From contig JAPMXV010000061.1 in the NCBI GenBank assembly GCA_026936335.1, forward strand, positions 248,001 to 312,000: DNA of 64,000 nucleotides, written 5' to 3'. The DNA comes from Mantamonas sphyraenae STR306 (taxonomy: Eukaryota; Protista; CRuMs). The position numbers were made by a program, and so were the translations under genes. The notes under the pieces were generated by a model, which worked only from the letters and a program-made list of their open reading frames with translations, was not told the origin of the DNA and did no database searches. Of the stretch, positions 62,601-64,000 are shown one piece after another. Numbering within the stretch: the stretch's first letter is position 1; each line of letters begins with the position of its first letter.

Positions 62601-62980
62601 GCTGGACGGCACTGAGGGCCAAGATGGCATCGGGGGAGGGATTGGGTGGAAAGAAGAGTGGCAGCCCGAGCCCAAAGATGGACAGCCCAGGAGCGCTGCG
62701 AGAGAAGTTGAGGCGCAAACAGGCACAAGGCAAGGCTAGCATGGTGGACTTGGTGCGTGCGGCTGCGGAGGCGGCGCGTGAGGAGGAGAGAAAGGTTGGA
62801 AGGAGCGCAGAAGAGTTGGAGGAGGAGGAGGAGGACAGGCGTCGGGCAAAGAGGGAGAGAAAGAGGAAACGAGGGCAGTCAATTGTAGTGGAGATGGGCC
62901 AGGAGGAAGGGGAAGAGGAAGAGGGGATTGAGGATGACGTGAGTCCCTTGATGCAATCGCCCGGAGGACGGAGAGGATGA
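41609..62980 (+). CDS. Giant cell-surface multipass membrane protein, ~6,977 aa (Gly-rich, C-type lectin, filamin-like Ig, beta-propeller, IPT/TIG, ~18 Ig-like repeats, Cys-rich, 8-9 TM, charged tail)
   Basis: Exons 41609-41693 (signal peptide MRMQQSGLVVVIALVALGLFVQVYG), 41942-42008, 42122-42473 and 42551-62980 join in phase. IPT motifs PTTGPSSGGTVLTLSGENF and PLLGKTTGGETVTITGANF. Cys-rich CPNPDAC..CAEGYHGPLCSLC precedes the hydrophobic helices. Many NxS/T sequons. Confidence 0.87.
54190..60070 (+). repeat. About 18 diverged ~105-aa Ig/invasin-like protein repeats within the giant surface protein
   Basis: Recurring V.DAGGN ... F..L.L..P..G.Y.L motif (VVDGGNN, VQDASGT, TRDAGSN, AHDAGGN ... 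VVDGAGN). There is little DNA-level identity. Confidence 0.8.
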
Positions 62981-63002
62981 ATGAAGAAGATTGGAGTTGG
63001 AT

Positions 63003-64000
63003 TTAGTCGTCGATGCGTTGACGTTTGCGATCTGCAGAGGAGGGGTGATGGAGGTCGCCTTGGAGTTGGGGGAGTGTGCAGTGGTGGAGAACTCGCTGAA
63101 AGACCTCGTCTGGGAGGGTGGTCCAGAGTGCGGACGGGTGGTAGACGTCCATGGAGCCGGCGGAGAAAAGGAGGTCGCGCTCAGTGGTGTTCATCAACAG
63201 AGCAGTCTCGATGGTTGTGTCGACATGGGTGGGAGCCAGCCAGTGCCAGGTGGTGGACCATGGGAGGGAGGCAGGGGGCGGAGGACCTTTCATCAGTCGC
63301 AGAAGGGGGGAGAGGTGATCTTTGCCGCTCATCTCAGCCAAGCGAACGGCCTGCGGGGAGGAAAAGCCGTGTTGGACAAGGATGCTGACGCTTCGGGCGT
63401 CGTCGTGGCGGACAGCGACGGTGAGGGCATCGGAGGTGTTTTTGGTGATGCGCTTGGCCGTCAACAGGCGTTGGAGGAGCGCATGGTCGCCAATTGCATT
63501 TACGAGTGGGGCGCCGCCTTCGCAGTCGACACTTGGGTCCGCGCCATGGGCGATGAGAAGGTCGATCATGGCGTCGTTTCGGTTTTCGAGGGCTGAGCCG
63601 AGCGGAGTGGCCCCGAACTCGTCCCATGTGTGGACATTGATTCCAGGGAGTGTGAGAAGCCTGCGGACGACGTCTATATGGTTGTATCGGGCAGCCTGGT
63701 TGAGGGGTTCGGTGAAATTGGAATCGTTGAGGGAGGATGCCGGTGCGCCGAGGTCGAGCAAGGCGTCGACGAGGTCGAGGTCACCATGCTGGGCGGCGAT
63801 GCAGAGCGGAGCGGTGTTTGAACGAGACGGACTGTCGCTCACCCAGCCTAGGTGGGCACTGGCAGAGGCGAGCAGAGCGACGGCTTCGGGGCAGCGCAGG
63901 CGGACGGCTCTGGCAACAGGGGTCAGAGGCTCGCGGTCAGATGACTGGTCAATGTCTGCGCCGAGATCGAGCATGGTTTGCAAGGCGTCCAGGTTGCGAA
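63003..64000 (-). CDS. Ankyrin-repeat protein, 5'-truncated by the window edge
   Basis: APLCIAAQHGDLDLVDALLDLGA, PLNQAARYNHIDVVRRLL, TPLGSALENRNDAMIDLLIAHGAD. The frame stays open to the window end. Confidence 0.9.
   Translation of the reverse strand, partial: RNLDALQTMLDLGADIDQSSDREPLTPVARAVRLRCPEAVALLASASAHLGWVSDSPSRSNTAPLCIAAQHGDLDLVDALLDLGAPASSLNDSNFTEPLNQAARYNHIDVVRRLLTLPGINVHTWDEFGATPLGSALENRNDAMIDLLIAHGADPSVDCEGGAPLVNAIGDHALLQRLLTAKRITKNTSDALTVAVRHDDARSVSILVQHGFSSPQAVRLAEMSGKDHLSPLLRLMKGPPPPASLPWSTTWHWLAPTHVDTTIETALLMNTTERDLLFSAGSMDVYHPSALWTTLPDEVFQRVLHHCTLPQLQGDLHHPSSADRKRQRIDD

Noticed and set aside
1-64000. Prokaryotic, giant-virus or transposon origin
   Set aside because: Spliceosomal introns, core eukaryotic genes (DDB1, BUD31) and no viral hallmark, transposase, RT or terminal repeats.

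Overview
Gene-dense, GC-rich eukaryotic (protist-like) genomic DNA with GT-AG spliceosomal introns. The organism cannot be named from the sequence. I reconstructed 11 protein-coding genes by hand: a 5'-truncated giant HECT E3 ligase (+); a second ~5,190-aa HECT ligase (-) convergent with it; a Nudix hydrolase; a glutaminyl cyclase; a PTPDC1-like phosphatase; BUD31; a frame-disrupted mucin-like membrane protein; DDB1; a ~2,300-aa RasGAP with 9 PH domains; a ~6,980-aa multidomain surface protein with a multipass membrane region; and a 5'-truncated ankyrin protein. I modelled 19 introns (77-291 nt). In the large genes they all lie near the 5' end. The 10 gaps between coding regions total only ~606 bp, and the same-strand gaps are 16, 31 and 45 bp. 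Best leads: (1) a predicted N-myristoylated HECT ligase carrying a cytosolic malectin domain plus UBR boxes, possibly a glycan-sensing E3; (2) almost no intergenic DNA, implying overlapping or polycistronic transcription; (3) an intron that splits the start codon of glutaminyl cyclase and could switch its N-terminal targeting; (4) base skew that follows the chromosome strand rather than gene direction. I saw no rRNA, tRNA, CRISPR or mobile elements. All gene models and domain calls are by-eye predictions without searches or RNA data.
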